Shown here one piece after another: positions 30,891 through 41,441 of a stretch of 64,000 nt of DNA; position 1 is the stretch's first letter, and the number at the start of each line of letters is the position of its first letter. A model generated the notes under the pieces. The model did not search any database. It was not told where the DNA came from and saw nothing but the letters and a program-made list of their open reading frames with translations. The translations under genes and the position numbers were made by a program. The DNA lies in NCBI GenBank assembly GCA_050951325.1, contig JBMNIW010000012.1, forward strand, positions 544,001 through 608,000. The letters run 5' to 3'. The stretch is from Clostridia bacterium. Its GTDB lineage: Bacteria > Bacillota > Clostridia > UBA1212 > DUPL01.

Positions 30891-31475
30891 ATGCCAAGCA
30901 TTCCATTTGTTGTAGAACAGACGAGCAGAGGAGAGCGTCATTATGATATATATTCACGCCTCCTGAATGATAGAATAATAGTACTAAGTGATGAAGTAAA
31001 TGACGTTACCGCCAGTCTGGTGGTAGCACAGCTTTTATATCTTGAATCGGAGAATCCCGACAAGGATATACAGTTATACATCAACAGTCCTGGAGGAAGT
31101 GTAACTGCAGGAATGGCGATTTTCGACACAATGGAGTTTATCAAGTGTGATGTTTCCACAATTTGTGTCGGTATGGCGGCCAGCATGGGTGCGTTGCTGC
31201 TTGCAGCAGGTACAAAGGGCAAGAGGTATGCTTTGCCCAACAGTGAGATAATGATTCACCAGCCATTGGGAGGCGCAAGAGGTCAGGCTACTGACATCAA
31301 GATCCATGCTGATCATATTATTAAAACAAGAGAAAAGTTGAACAGAATACTTAGCGAAAAAACGGGTCAGCCTTTAAGCAAGATTGAGAAGGATACGGAC
31401 AGGGACAACTTTATGACGGCTCAGGAAGCTTTGGAATACGGTCTTATCGACAAGGTTATGACAAAAAGGGCATGA
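30891..31475 (+). CDS. clpP: ATP-dependent Clp protease proteolytic subunit
   Basis: [22 protein letters not shown] and MIHQP motifs. Confidence 0.97.
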   Translation: MPSIPFVVEQTSRGERHYDIYSRLLNDRIIVLSDEVNDVTASLVVAQLLYLESENPDKDIQLYINSPGGSVTAGMAIFDTMEFIKCDVSTICVGMAASMGALLLAAGTKGKRYALPNSEIMIHQPLGGARGQATDIKIHADHIIKTREKLNRILSEKTGQPLSKIEKDTDRDNFMTAQEALEYGLIDKVMTKRA

Positions 31476-31497
31476 CCCAGAGAGGTAAAGGTGAAAA

Positions 31498-32808
31498 ATG
31501 GCAAAGTACGATGATCGTCAGGTAAGATGTTCTTTTTGTGGAAAAAGAGAACAGCAAGTACGCAGGTTGATTGCAGGTCCTGGTGTGTATATTTGTGACG
31601 AATGCGTTGACCTTGCGGTTGACATAATTGAAGAGGAATTCGGAGATGAATATGACGATTTGGAAGAACAGCCTTTTGAACTGCTGAAACCGGCGGAAAT
31701 GAAGGCTGCACTGGACGAGTACGTGATCGGCCAGGAAGAAGCCAAGAAAGCTCTTTGTGTGGCAGTATATAACCACTACAAGCGTATAAATGAATTAAGA
31801 GACAAGAACAAAAAGGAAGATGTTGAGATTTCAAAAAGCAATGTTCTGTTGATAGGCCCCACTGGTGTTGGAAAGACTTATCTGGCCCAGACCATGGCAA
31901 AGTTGTTAAATGTGCCTTTTGCCATAGCGGATGCGACAAGTCTTACAGAAGCAGGCTATGTGGGTGAGGACGTTGAGAATATTCTGCTGAGACTATTGCA
32001 GGCTGCCGATTTTAACATAGAGCTTGCTCAAAGAGGAATCATATTCATTGATGAAATTGACAAGATAGCCAGACGCGGAGACAATCCATCCATTACAAGG
32101 GATGTAAGCGGTGAAGGTGTACAACAAGCACTTTTGAAGATACTTGAAGGTACGGTTGCCAATGTACCTCCCCAGGGTGGAAGGAAGCATCCGCATCAGG
32201 AGTTTATCCAGATAGATACAACAAACATATTATTTATATGTTCTGGTGCTTTTGATGGTCTTCCAAAGATCATTGAAAACCGCATAGGAAAGAATACCAT
32301 AGGTTTTTCAGGTGTTGTTCGTTCCAGCGATTCTTTGGATACCGACGAACTATTATCAAAAGTACAGCCTCAGGACCTGTTAAAATTCGGTCTGATTCCC
32401 GAGTTTATTGGCCGTGTGCCTGTTATAGTAACACTACAGTCACTGGACAAGGAAACTCTTAAGAGGATCCTCACAGAACCAAAGAATGCGATTATCAAGC
32501 AGTACAAGAAGCTGTTTGAGTATGACAAGGTAGAGCTTGAATTCAATGATGAGGCTTTGGATGCGATTACTGAAATTGCAATTCAGAGAAAGACCGGAGC
32601 AAGAGGATTGAGGGCAATTGTTGAAAAGGCTCTTATGGATGTAATGTACGAGATTCCATCGGAGGAGAATGTGGAGAAGTGCATTATAACCAAGGATGCT
32701 ATTGAGAAGAAGGAGAAACCCATCCTGGTCCATGGTAAGGACAAAAAGGCGCTTCCTCCGGGAAAGGGCCCGGGGTCCAAGGGTCAGAGGATGGAGACTG
32801 TATCATAA
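31498..32808 (+). CDS. clpX: Clp protease ATP-binding subunit ClpX
   Basis: CSFCGK Zn finger, [24 protein letters not shown] motifs. Confidence 0.97.
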   Translation: MAKYDDRQVRCSFCGKREQQVRRLIAGPGVYICDECVDLAVDIIEEEFGDEYDDLEEQPFELLKPAEMKAALDEYVIGQEEAKKALCVAVYNHYKRINELRDKNKKEDVEISKSNVLLIGPTGVGKTYLAQTMAKLLNVPFAIADATSLTEAGYVGEDVENILLRLLQAADFNIELAQRGIIFIDEIDKIARRGDNPSITRDVSGEGVQQALLKILEGTVANVPPQGGRKHPHQEFIQIDTTNILFICSGAFDGLPKIIENRIGKNTIGFSGVVRSSDSLDTDELLSKVQPQDLLKFGLIPEFIGRVPVIVTLQSLDKETLKRILTEPKNAIIKQYKKLFEYDKVELEFNDEALDAITEIAIQRKTGARGLRAIVEKALMDVMYEIPSEENVEKCIITKDAIEKKEKPILVHGKDKKALPPGKGPGSKGQRMETVS

Positions 32809-32946
32809 ATTTAACCCGGGAAATATTTCCCAAAAGTTGACACATTATTTTTACAGTGATAACATAAATATTGAAGTAGTAACGGGGTCAATTCTATTGA
32901 CCCTGTTTCGATATCTTTTTACATTTTATCTTGAGGAGCAAGCAAA

Positions 32947-33969
32947 TTGAAAGACATATATATTCTTGGAATAGAGACAAGCTGTGATGAAACAAGTGCG
33001 TCAATCGTCAAAAACGGACGGGAGGTATTGTCGAATATCATCTCGTCGCAGATTGATTTGCACAAGGAATACGGTGGTGTGGTCCCTGAAATCGCCTCGC
33101 GAAAACATGTGGAGCTTATCATACCTGTCATAAATGAGGCAATAAAGAGTTCAGGTATTAAAAAGGAAATGATAAGCGCAGTGGGAGTTACTTTCGGGCC
33201 TGGGCTGATTGGCGCTCTTTTGGTAGGGCTTTCTGCTGCAAAGGCTATGTCATATGCATTGAATGTGCCACTGGTTGGCGTCCACCATATTGAGGGACAT
33301 ATTGCTGCAAATTTCATAGAGCATAAAAGTTTGGAACCTCCGTTTATAAGTCTTGTAGTATCTGGAGGTCACAGCCATATAATCGAATGTACCGACTATG
33401 GAGAATTTAAAATTCATGGAAGAACCAGGGACGATGCTGTTGGTGAGGCCTATGACAAGATCGCCAGAACATTGGGGCTAGGATATCCGGGAGGGCCTGT
33501 AATTGACAAGATAGCCAAAGAAGGAAGTGCTGTCATACAGTTTCCCAGAGTACATTTTGAAAACCTTGATTTTTCCTTCAGCGGGCTAAAGACCGCAGTT
33601 ATCAACTATGTGCATAATGAGAAAATGAGGGGAAACGAGCTTAACATCACTGACGTTTGCGCATCCTTCCAAAGCGCAGCGGTAGACATTCTTGTTGAGA
33701 ATACCATTAAAGCGGCAAAGCTGACAGGCCTTGGTAAAATTGTTCTGGCAGGTGGTGTAGCATCAAATTCATGCCTTAGGGCTAGGATGAATGAGGAAGC
33801 TTCAAAAGAGGGTATGGAAGTATATATTCCGTCTCCCATACTGTGTACGGATAATGGTGCCATGGTGGCGTCTGCTGCATACTTTGCATACATTAAGGGA
33901 AGGAAGTCAAAACTTAATTTGAATGCAATGGCAAATGTGTCTTTGGAGGAAATAGCAAAGCATGCATGA
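32947..33969 (+). CDS. tsaD: tRNA N6-threonylcarbamoyltransferase TsaD
   Basis: [49 protein letters not shown] motifs; TTG start. Confidence 0.96.
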   Translation: MKDIYILGIETSCDETSASIVKNGREVLSNIISSQIDLHKEYGGVVPEIASRKHVELIIPVINEAIKSSGIKKEMISAVGVTFGPGLIGALLVGLSAAKAMSYALNVPLVGVHHIEGHIAANFIEHKSLEPPFISLVVSGGHSHIIECTDYGEFKIHGRTRDDAVGEAYDKIARTLGLGYPGGPVIDKIAKEGSAVIQFPRVHFENLDFSFSGLKTAVINYVHNEKMRGNELNITDVCASFQSAAVDILVENTIKAAKLTGLGKIVLAGGVASNSCLRARMNEEASKEGMEVYIPSPILCTDNGAMVASAAYFAYIKGRKSKLNLNAMANVSLEEIAKHA

Positions 33970-33984
33970 TATTTGGAGGAGGCT

Positions 33985-34299
33985 ATGTATAACTGCAACT
34001 TCTGCAAGCATAAAAGTGTGAATACAATAGGTGGCGGATTTTTATGTAGGATACATGGTCCTGTGTCCTGGGCATGCTTATGCAAGGAATTTGTGAGGGA
34101 TGAGACAAAAATTAAAGGAATAAAATGTAAGGATTGTGTTTTCTTCAAACGAATAGAAAGCGTTGATGATACGGATAATAATGGAGCTAATAATGTATGG
34201 TGGGGCACATGCCTTAAATATTTGCTTAGAGAATTTGATGGCAATAGTAGACAAACCTGTTCCCAATTTATCGAAAAAGCACAGAAATATATTACATAA
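33985..34299 (+). CDS. Small Cys-rich protein with two CxxC...C...CxxF repeats
   Basis: GGAGG RBS; CNFC..C..CKEF and CKDC..C..CSQF. Confidence 0.6.
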   Translation: MYNCNFCKHKSVNTIGGGFLCRIHGPVSWACLCKEFVRDETKIKGIKCKDCVFFKRIESVDDTDNNGANNVWWGTCLKYLLREFDGNSRQTCSQFIEKAQKYIT

Positions 34300-34349
34300 C
34301 TGGCAGAAAAAGCAAAATATGTACTGGCTATATAGTGAATTGTTAGTAG

Positions 34350-34482
34350 TTATACACATTATCCACAGAGTTATCCACAGGTTGATTGTTTAAAATTATA
34401 TAGAAATACAAGCTTTCTGAAAAGTTATCCACATTTTGTTGAAAAAAATTATGCACATGCATCTCCTAAAATTTGTGTGAAA
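34350..34482. promoter_or_regulatory. DnaA-box cluster
   Basis: TTATCCACA at 34359, 34371 and 34425; TTATACACA at 34350; TTATGCACA at 34449; degenerate reverse boxes at 34437 and 34474. Confidence 0.85.
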
Positions 34483-34600
34483 AATGGTATCAAAAATTAA
34501 TTTTATAGAATACTTGATTTTTTTATTAAAATATGATTTGTGAGGTTTGCATCACGGTTACCTGCATAGTATAATAGCAAAAAGCAATGGAGTGAAAACT

Positions 34601-35092
34601 GTGCGGATAATTCGAAAGCGGCTAATACCTAACGAGGAAGTGGACATATCACAAGATGAGGTTCTTATCAGGAATAGCGACCATATAATCACCAGATGGC
34701 TGCCAATAAAGCCAAGGGGAGATATAGGTTGGGGGATATCCTATCTTGACCTTAACGGAAACCGTAAAATAAGTGCTTTTTACGGGAAGAATGGAAAGTT
34801 AATGTACTGGTATTGCGATATAGTAGATGTTACATATTTAGAGTATTCCGATTTGTATATAATTAAGGATTTGCTTGTGGATGTTAAGCTCGTACCAGGA
34901 CAGCCGCCTGAAATCCTTGACCTGCATGAACTGGAGATGGCTTTAAAACAAGGACTGATTAACAAAGAAGAATATGCTTTGGCTGTTAGGGTGTCAAAAG
35001 CAACTTTGGAATTGTTAAAACATGAAATACCTGATAAAATTAAAGAGATACTAAAGTATGGACCACCGGTTGGGTTTGAAATAGAAACCTGA
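34601..35092 (+). CDS. DUF402-family protein
   Basis: RKRLIP, YWYCDI, DLLVDV, LDLHEL motifs; GGAGTG RBS before GTG 34601. Confidence 0.75.
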   Translation: MRIIRKRLIPNEEVDISQDEVLIRNSDHIITRWLPIKPRGDIGWGISYLDLNGNRKISAFYGKNGKLMYWYCDIVDVTYLEYSDLYIIKDLLVDVKLVPGQPPEILDLHELEMALKQGLINKEEYALAVRVSKATLELLKHEIPDKIKEILKYGPPVGFEIET

Positions 35093-35131
35093 ACAATAGG
35101 TCCATGTTCATTGTAAAAGAAAGGGCAGGTT

Positions 35132-35599
35132 ATGAAGAAAAACGCAGAAGTAAAGGACAAGTCTAAAAAGGTACACGGTTTATCACTTATTGGAATTATC
35201 GCTTGCACGGTTATTAATATTTTTGTATTCATACTACAGGTAATGGGGATTAATTTTAAGATATATATACCCTACAGTATTCATGCCACCCATTATTTTC
35301 TTCAAATAGGATATTCTTTAAGCGAGAAAACCGGTGCATACATGAAGTTCATGGGAGGCGTTGCCGCATCCATGCTGCTGGTGGGGATTTTTATCCTGCT
35401 TTATTTCTGGTCATTTAAAAATGCTGAGGCTTTCCTTTATGCCTTTATACTGTACCTTTTGGACACGGCTTTTATTTTCTATGTCATTTTCAAGTTTGAT
35501 GACAGTTATGCCTTTGTCGATTTTGTATTTCATTTGTGTGGCCTTCTGGCACTTATTCTGGCATTCAGTGAAGAAAAACACAATAAAAAATATAAATAA
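35132..35599 (+). CDS. Hypothetical membrane protein (about 4 TM)
   Basis: Hydrophobic segments; LYLLDT and DFVFH motifs. Confidence 0.65.
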   Translation: MKKNAEVKDKSKKVHGLSLIGIIACTVINIFVFILQVMGINFKIYIPYSIHATHYFLQIGYSLSEKTGAYMKFMGGVAASMLLVGIFILLYFWSFKNAEAFLYAFILYLLDTAFIFYVIFKFDDSYAFVDFVFHLCGLLALILAFSEEKHNKKYK

Positions 35600-35622
35600 C
35601 AAAAATATATGGAGGAATTGTA

Positions 35623-37158
35623 ATGCAAAAAGTTGAATGGAAGAAGTTACAAAACGGAAGCGACATAAGAGGAGTTGCGCTGGCTGACGGCGGCAATCCC
35701 GTTAATCTTACCACCGATGTTGTAAAGACGATTGGCAGTGCTTTTGCTCTTTGGCTGGCGGATAAGAAGTCAAAGGAGGTAAAGGAACTTTCGATTTCCA
35801 TCGGACATGATTCCAGGCTTACAGCAAAAAGCCTTAGTGCAGCTGCAATTGATGGAATCACAGACTTTGGCGCTGATGTGGTTAACTGCAACCTTTGTTC
35901 AACACCTGCCATGTTCATGACAACTGTAACGGAAGGACATGAATATGACGGTGCTGTCATGCTTACAGCAAGCCATCTTCCTTTTGACAGAAATGGTATG
36001 AAATTCTTTACAAGGGAAGGCGGACTAGAGAAGCAGGACATATCAAAGATACTTGAATTGTCTGAGAAGATATATAATGGTGAAATCAAACCTGATGCCA
36101 ACAAGAAGGGAAGTGTAAAGGATATTGATTTCGTTTCGGTTTACGCAGAGGGCCTGGTTGCAAAGATTAGAGATGCTACAGAAGAAGAAAAGCCCCTTGA
36201 AGGTTTTAAGATTATTGTGGACGCAGGTAACGGAGCAGGCGGATTCTTTGCTGACAAGGTGCTTGAAGTGTTGGGTGCTGATACCAATGGAAGCCAGTTC
36301 CTTGATCCGGACGGAACATTTCCCAACCATATTCCAAATCCCGAGGACAAGGAAGCTATGGAATCCATTTGCGATGCCGTTATAAAGAAAAACGCGGATT
36401 TGGGTATAATTTTTGATACGGATGTGGACAGGGCAGCGGTCGTTGACAGGTTTGGAAGGGATATAAACAGGAATAGAATCATTGCTCTGATTTCAGCGAT
36501 TGTGCTGGGTGAAAGAAAAGGTGCAACCATTGTTACCGACTCCATAACCTCTGAAGGCCTAAAAAAGTTTATAGAAGAGGATTTGGGAGGAGTTCACCAC
36601 CGTTTCAAGAGAGGATACAAGAATGTTATCAATGAGGCCATAAGGCTCAATGAGGAAGGCACATATACGCCTGTGGCTATTGAGACATCGGGGCACTGTG
36701 CTCTTATGGAAAACTACTTCCTTGATGATGGTGCATATCTGATTGCCAAGATATTGATTCAAATGGCAAAGCTCAAGAAGGAAAACAGGACGATTGACCA
36801 GTTAATAGAAAACCTTGAAGAGCCCAAGGAAGAGAAGGAATTCAGGATGAAAATAAATCTTGATGACTTCAAGGAGTACGGTCAAAAGGTTATAGACGGT
36901 CTTGCAGACTATACAAAAGAGCAGGAAGGTTGGATTGTTGAGCCTGTAAACCATGAAGGCATAAGGGTCAAGTGCCACAAGGGCAATGGAGATGGATGGT
37001 TCCTGCTCAGACTATCACTGCATGATCCGATACTGCCTTTGAATATCGAGTCGGATTCCGATGGCGGAGTCAAGGTTATAGCAAAGAGTTTGCTTGAGTA
37101 TCTTGAGCATTACGACAAGCTGGATTTGTCGGGTATTAAGAGTTTTATAGAGGAGTAA
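35623..37158 (+). CDS. Phosphomannomutase/phosphoglucomutase (second paralog)
   Basis: QNGSDIRG, TASHLP, FDTDVDR, IETSGH, RLSLHDP motifs. Confidence 0.92.
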   Translation: MQKVEWKKLQNGSDIRGVALADGGNPVNLTTDVVKTIGSAFALWLADKKSKEVKELSISIGHDSRLTAKSLSAAAIDGITDFGADVVNCNLCSTPAMFMTTVTEGHEYDGAVMLTASHLPFDRNGMKFFTREGGLEKQDISKILELSEKIYNGEIKPDANKKGSVKDIDFVSVYAEGLVAKIRDATEEEKPLEGFKIIVDAGNGAGGFFADKVLEVLGADTNGSQFLDPDGTFPNHIPNPEDKEAMESICDAVIKKNADLGIIFDTDVDRAAVVDRFGRDINRNRIIALISAIVLGERKGATIVTDSITSEGLKKFIEEDLGGVHHRFKRGYKNVINEAIRLNEEGTYTPVAIETSGHCALMENYFLDDGAYLIAKILIQMAKLKKENRTIDQLIENLEEPKEEKEFRMKINLDDFKEYGQKVIDGLADYTKEQEGWIVEPVNHEGIRVKCHKGNGDGWFLLRLSLHDPILPLNIESDSDGGVKVIAKSLLEYLEHYDKLDLSGIKSFIEE

Positions 37159-37161
37159 AAC

Positions 37162-37860
37162 ATGCTTAGAATAAATGAACTGACAAAATTCTATGGACAA
37201 ACATGTGCTGTTAACAATGTCAGCCTTGAGGTACCTGCAGGGTGCATTAGCATCCTGCTAGGTCCTAATGGAGCTGGAAAATCCACTGTTATCAAGAGCA
37301 TTGCTGGGCTCTTAAGATATTCTGGAAGGGTAGAAATAAGTGGACATGAAAACAAGTCCGTGGAAGCTAAAAGATACCTTGGCTATGTTGCCGAGTTTCC
37401 AGCCATGTACGAGCTGCTTACAGTAAGGGAGCACCTGGAGTTTATAGCGAGAGCGTACAAGCTCAAGGATTGGGAGGATAGAGCGGAAAGACTGCTTGAA
37501 GGTTTTCAGCTGACGGACAAAGCGGATAAACTGGGTTCGGATTTGTCCAAAGGTATGCAGCAGAAACTTAGCATAATCTGCGGAGTTTTGCCTCAGCCGA
37601 AAGTATGTCTGTTTGATGAGCCTTTGGTTGGGCTTGATCCTCACGCAATCAAGGAGTTCAAGAATCTGGTTGTTCAGATGAGGGACGAAGGCTGTACAAT
37701 TTTAATAAGCACGCATATGATTGACAGCGTGAAAGAGTTCTGGGACAGCACCTATATTATGATGGATGGAAAGATTGCATATCATACCACAAGAGAGATA
37801 GCGGAAGAAATGAACATTGATATCGAGAAAATCTTTTTTGATATAACGGAGAAAAAGTAA
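37162..37860 (+). CDS. ABC transporter ATP-binding protein
   Basis: GPNGAGKST, LSKGMQQK, FDEPLVGLD motifs. Confidence 0.92.
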   Translation: MLRINELTKFYGQTCAVNNVSLEVPAGCISILLGPNGAGKSTVIKSIAGLLRYSGRVEISGHENKSVEAKRYLGYVAEFPAMYELLTVREHLEFIARAYKLKDWEDRAERLLEGFQLTDKADKLGSDLSKGMQQKLSIICGVLPQPKVCLFDEPLVGLDPHAIKEFKNLVVQMRDEGCTILISTHMIDSVKEFWDSTYIMMDGKIAYHTTREIAEEMNIDIEKIFFDITEKK

Positions 37861-37861
37861 A

Positions 37862-39415
37862 ATGGGTCCATGCATTTATGTTATAAAACGTAGTTGTATA
37901 AACTGGTTAAAGAAACTGAAGGAAAAGCCTGCAGTCATAGTTGGTATTGCGGTCTTCTTTTTCATATTCATAATGCCTCTTTTGTTTCAAGGAAATAGTG
38001 TTGATACTACCAGAGCCGGCGGCCTCAACATATTGTACCTGATATTCTTCGGGTTATCATTATTCTTTGTAGGTGCTTCATTAATAGCAGGGCTTTCCAC
38101 AGGCACATCCTTCTTCACGATGTCCGATGTAAACCTTATGTTCACATCCCCCATATCTTCAAACAAGATACTGCTTTATGGGATTATAAAGCAAATGGGC
38201 AGGTCTATTGTTGTGTCCGTGTTCATGCTGTTTCAGATTGCAAATTTAAGGGCGAATTTTACCTTAAGCATATTTAAAAGTGTTTATGTGATTATTATAT
38301 ACATGATGCTTGTATTTATATCCCAGATGGTATCTCTTGTTATCTATTCCTTTACGAATGGGAATCAGAGGAGGAAAAGTGCTGTCAAATACACAGCGAT
38401 GATTCTTCTTCTGATTGTTATAGCATACATTGTGTATGGTATGATCAACAGGGGAACTGAGGTAATACAGGAATTTTTTATCTTTGCTGTTCCAGTCTCA
38501 GGATGGCTTTTGGGAATGCTTGTCGGCGTTTTGAGCTCAAATTTCGTTTTGCTCGCCATATCCACAGGGGTGATTATTACGTTTGTCCTTGCGGTTATCG
38601 GTGTCATGATTAAGTACAAACCCGACTATTACGAAGACTGCCTGATAAACTCAGAAAACGCATACCATGCAAGACAGGTAATGAAAGGCGACAGGTCGGC
38701 TCAGGCTAACATAAAGAAGAAGATCAGATACAAGAATGTGAAAACCATTAAGTTTGGTGGTGGATGGGGGGCATCCAGTTTCTTCTACAGGCATATGGTG
38801 GAGATAAAACGGGCTGAGAGGTCGGTATTGTTTGGCACGTCTTCTGTACTGTTCCTTGCTCTGGGAGTTGGTATAGGACTTGTTGCAAAGTCGGATTATG
38901 ATTTTGTATATGCAGGTTTTGGGATAATGTGCTACGTTGGGCTTTTTCTGGTGGGTGTAACAAAACTGACGCAGGAACTTTCGAGGCATTTTATATATCT
39001 TGTGCCTGACAGCCCTTTCAAAAAGCTCCTGTATGCATCCTTGTCCAGCATTGTCAGACCGTTTATAAGCGGCATACTCTTATTCCTGCCGCCTGTATTC
39101 ATAAGTGGATTTCCAATTGTGAGAAGCATAGTGCTGATTCTGTGCTTCGCCTCGGTAAACTGTATATACATTTCAGCAAATATTGTAATGCACAATATTT
39201 TTGGCAAGCACAGCAGCATGTCGATCATAATGTTTATATATTTTCTGTTTGCAGTGCTGTTCTTGAGTCCTGCCGCAGGTTTTGGGGTATTGTTTGGCAT
39301 TTTATTCAGCTCAGTATCAATTGGTTTTCTTATTGCTTCTCTTGTCAACTTTGGCACAACCATGATAGTTCTGTTTATCTGCAGAAATCTAGTGCACAAT
39401 ATTGAGTTTAAGTAG
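37862..39415 (+). CDS. Putative ABC exporter permease
   Basis: Many TM segments; FTMSDVNLMFTSP and DYYED motifs; starts 1 nt after the ATPase stop. Confidence 0.8.
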   Translation: MGPCIYVIKRSCINWLKKLKEKPAVIVGIAVFFFIFIMPLLFQGNSVDTTRAGGLNILYLIFFGLSLFFVGASLIAGLSTGTSFFTMSDVNLMFTSPISSNKILLYGIIKQMGRSIVVSVFMLFQIANLRANFTLSIFKSVYVIIIYMMLVFISQMVSLVIYSFTNGNQRRKSAVKYTAMILLLIVIAYIVYGMINRGTEVIQEFFIFAVPVSGWLLGMLVGVLSSNFVLLAISTGVIITFVLAVIGVMIKYKPDYYEDCLINSENAYHARQVMKGDRSAQANIKKKIRYKNVKTIKFGGGWGASSFFYRHMVEIKRAERSVLFGTSSVLFLALGVGIGLVAKSDYDFVYAGFGIMCYVGLFLVGVTKLTQELSRHFIYLVPDSPFKKLLYASLSSIVRPFISGILLFLPPVFISGFPIVRSIVLILCFASVNCIYISANIVMHNIFGKHSSMSIIMFIYFLFAVLFLSPAAGFGVLFGILFSSVSIGFLIASLVNFGTTMIVLFICRNLVHNIEFK

Positions 39416-39442
39416 TGTCGAAAAGGGTCGAAAAACGTCGAT
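39416..39442 (+). promoter_or_regulatory. Three GTCGA repeats at 10-bp spacing including a Spo0A box
   Basis: TGTCGAA (39416), GGTCGAA (39426), CGTCGAT (39436). Confidence 0.55.
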
Positions 39443-39517
39443 AGGTACATTATTAAAAAATATGGATATGTGTTGTTTGAAATGGTAACCTCCTTGCATA
39501 AGGAGGTGCCATTTTTT

Positions 39518-40687
39518 TTGGATATAAGATATCTAGTCGATATAGTTGACCAATATGTCAACTCGAAGATGGACTTGACAAGGGAATATTCAGATTATGA
39601 ATTGAAGGCGCTGATTGGCGGTTGCGTTGAAAAACTGGCAAAAAGGATACCCATGTCTCTGGAAATGAGGGAGGAGATACTTTTAAGGGTCTTCAACAGC
39701 AAGAGAAAGCTGGGAATCCTTCAACCACTTCTGGAAGACGTTACGATTAACGAAATCATGATAAACGGCACCGATGCCATATTTGTTGAGAGAAATGGAG
39801 TTATGGAGGCAGTCAAGGAAAGATTTGATTCCAAAGATAAACTGTTTAATCTGGTGCAAAACATTGTATCGAGAGTAAACAGGACAGTGAACGAGAGCAA
39901 TCCGATTGTGGACGCAAGACTTGAAGATGGATCAAGGATTAATGTGGTTCTGCATCCGGTGGCAATAAACGGACCTGTCGTTACTATTAGAAAGTTTTCA
40001 GACAAGCCCTTTACCATGGAAAAACTTGTTGATATCGGAAGTATCACTCTAGAAGAGGCTGAGTTTTTGATAAAGGCGGTAAGAAGTCGCATGAACATAT
40101 TTGTGTCAGGAGGCACATCAACAGGGAAAACAACATTTTTGAATGTGATTTCAACTTATGTAGACAAGGATGAGAGGATTGTTACTATTGAGGATTCTGC
40201 GGAACTTATGCTTGCGCATGAAAATATTGTGAGACTTGAGACAAGAGATAAAAACAGTGAGGGCAAGGGAGGGATAAGTATGAGGCAGCTAATTAAAGCG
40301 AGTTTAAGGATGCGTCCTGACAGGCTTATTGTTGGAGAGGTAAGGGATGAAAGTGCTCTTGATATGCTGGTTGCACTGAATTCAGGACATGATGGTTCCA
40401 TGTCCACGGGACATGCCAATTCGCCCTCGGATTTGCTTGTCAGGCTAGAGACCCTTGCCCTGTGGGAGGGAAATGTAAGTTCCGAGGCAATAAAGAGGCA
40501 GATGGCATCAGGTATTGATTTGATCGTTCATCTAAAGAGAAATCATTTGATGGAGAGGAAAGTTTCCGAAATTGCAGAAGTTTGCGGTTACGAGGATGGA
40601 GAGGTTGTTTTAAACACATTGTTCAGAGATGGTAAAAAGGTATCTGGTCTGAAGGTAAAAGGATACAAGGTGGAGGGTACTGAATGA
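39518..40687 (+). CDS. cpaF: Tad pilus assembly ATPase CpaF/TadA
   Basis: VDARLEDGSR, GGTSTGKTT, TIEDSAEL, LRMRPDRLIVGEVR, GHDGSMSTGHANS motifs; AAGGAGG RBS before TTG 39518. Confidence 0.92.
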   Translation: MDIRYLVDIVDQYVNSKMDLTREYSDYELKALIGGCVEKLAKRIPMSLEMREEILLRVFNSKRKLGILQPLLEDVTINEIMINGTDAIFVERNGVMEAVKERFDSKDKLFNLVQNIVSRVNRTVNESNPIVDARLEDGSRINVVLHPVAINGPVVTIRKFSDKPFTMEKLVDIGSITLEEAEFLIKAVRSRMNIFVSGGTSTGKTTFLNVISTYVDKDERIVTIEDSAELMLAHENIVRLETRDKNSEGKGGISMRQLIKASLRMRPDRLIVGEVRDESALDMLVALNSGHDGSMSTGHANSPSDLLVRLETLALWEGNVSSEAIKRQMASGIDLIVHLKRNHLMERKVSEIAEVCGYEDGEVVLNTLFRDGKKVSGLKVKGYKVEGTE

Positions 40688-41439
40688 ACAAGACAAGGCT
40701 TGTAGATTACAAAAAGTACGTATTTTCTTTTAAGGACTGGTGTGTTTTTGCGTTTGTGTTGACCGCCATTTCCGTTATGTTTGGCCTTGTTTTGTTTGAA
40801 AGTTTAAAGATTGGCATTGTCTTTTCCATTATTTCCTCTCCTTTTGTTTTTGCAAGATTGAAAAAATACTTTATGAGAAAAAGGCTTGAAGAATTGGAAA
40901 GACAGTTTTGTGATGCGTTGCAGCTTATGTCTGCTTCTCTTTCCGCAGGCTTGAGTTTTACAAGCTGCGTAAGTGAAATTGCGAGTGGCGATTTGTCTGT
41001 TGACGGCAACCTAAGGCTTGTGCAAAAGGAGTTCGCAAATATGCAAAGACTCATTGCTCTTAACATATCGCCTGAAGAAGCTGTGGAGGCTTTTGCAAAG
41101 AGGACCGGCAGCAGGGATATACAAAACTTTTCAAACGCACTTTATGAAAGTCTGCAGGCTGGAGGCAATCTTGTGCAACTTGTCCGTAATTCAGCCAGTG
41201 CATTAAGGGTTAAGTATGACTCGGAAGATGAGATAAGGAGCCTTTTGAATCTTCCCCGATTCAATCACAGGATAATGATGGTCATGCCGTTTGTTTTAAT
41301 ACTTATGGTAAAGGCTATAGCGCCAGGATATGTGGAACCTTTATACACGGAAGGAGCAAGGTGGATTTTGTTTCTTGTAGCATTTCTAATTATTTTGTCT
41401 TGGTATATAGGAGAGAGAATATCAGATATCAAGTTCTGA
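40684..41439 (+). CDS. tadB: TadB-like pilus assembly membrane protein
   Basis: QFCDALQLMSASLSAG and GGNL T2SSF-domain motifs; follows cpaF. Confidence 0.8.
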   Translation: MNKTRLVDYKKYVFSFKDWCVFAFVLTAISVMFGLVLFESLKIGIVFSIISSPFVFARLKKYFMRKRLEELERQFCDALQLMSASLSAGLSFTSCVSEIASGDLSVDGNLRLVQKEFANMQRLIALNISPEEAVEAFAKRTGSRDIQNFSNALYESLQAGGNLVQLVRNSASALRVKYDSEDEIRSLLNLPRFNHRIMMVMPFVLILMVKAIAPGYVEPLYTEGARWILFLVAFLIILSWYIGERISDIKF

Positions 41440-41441
41440 GG

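Noticed and set aside
34350-34482. Firm call as oriC
   Set aside because: No dnaA/dnaN/gidA adjacent and no switch in dominant gene orientation; kept only as a DnaA-box cluster.
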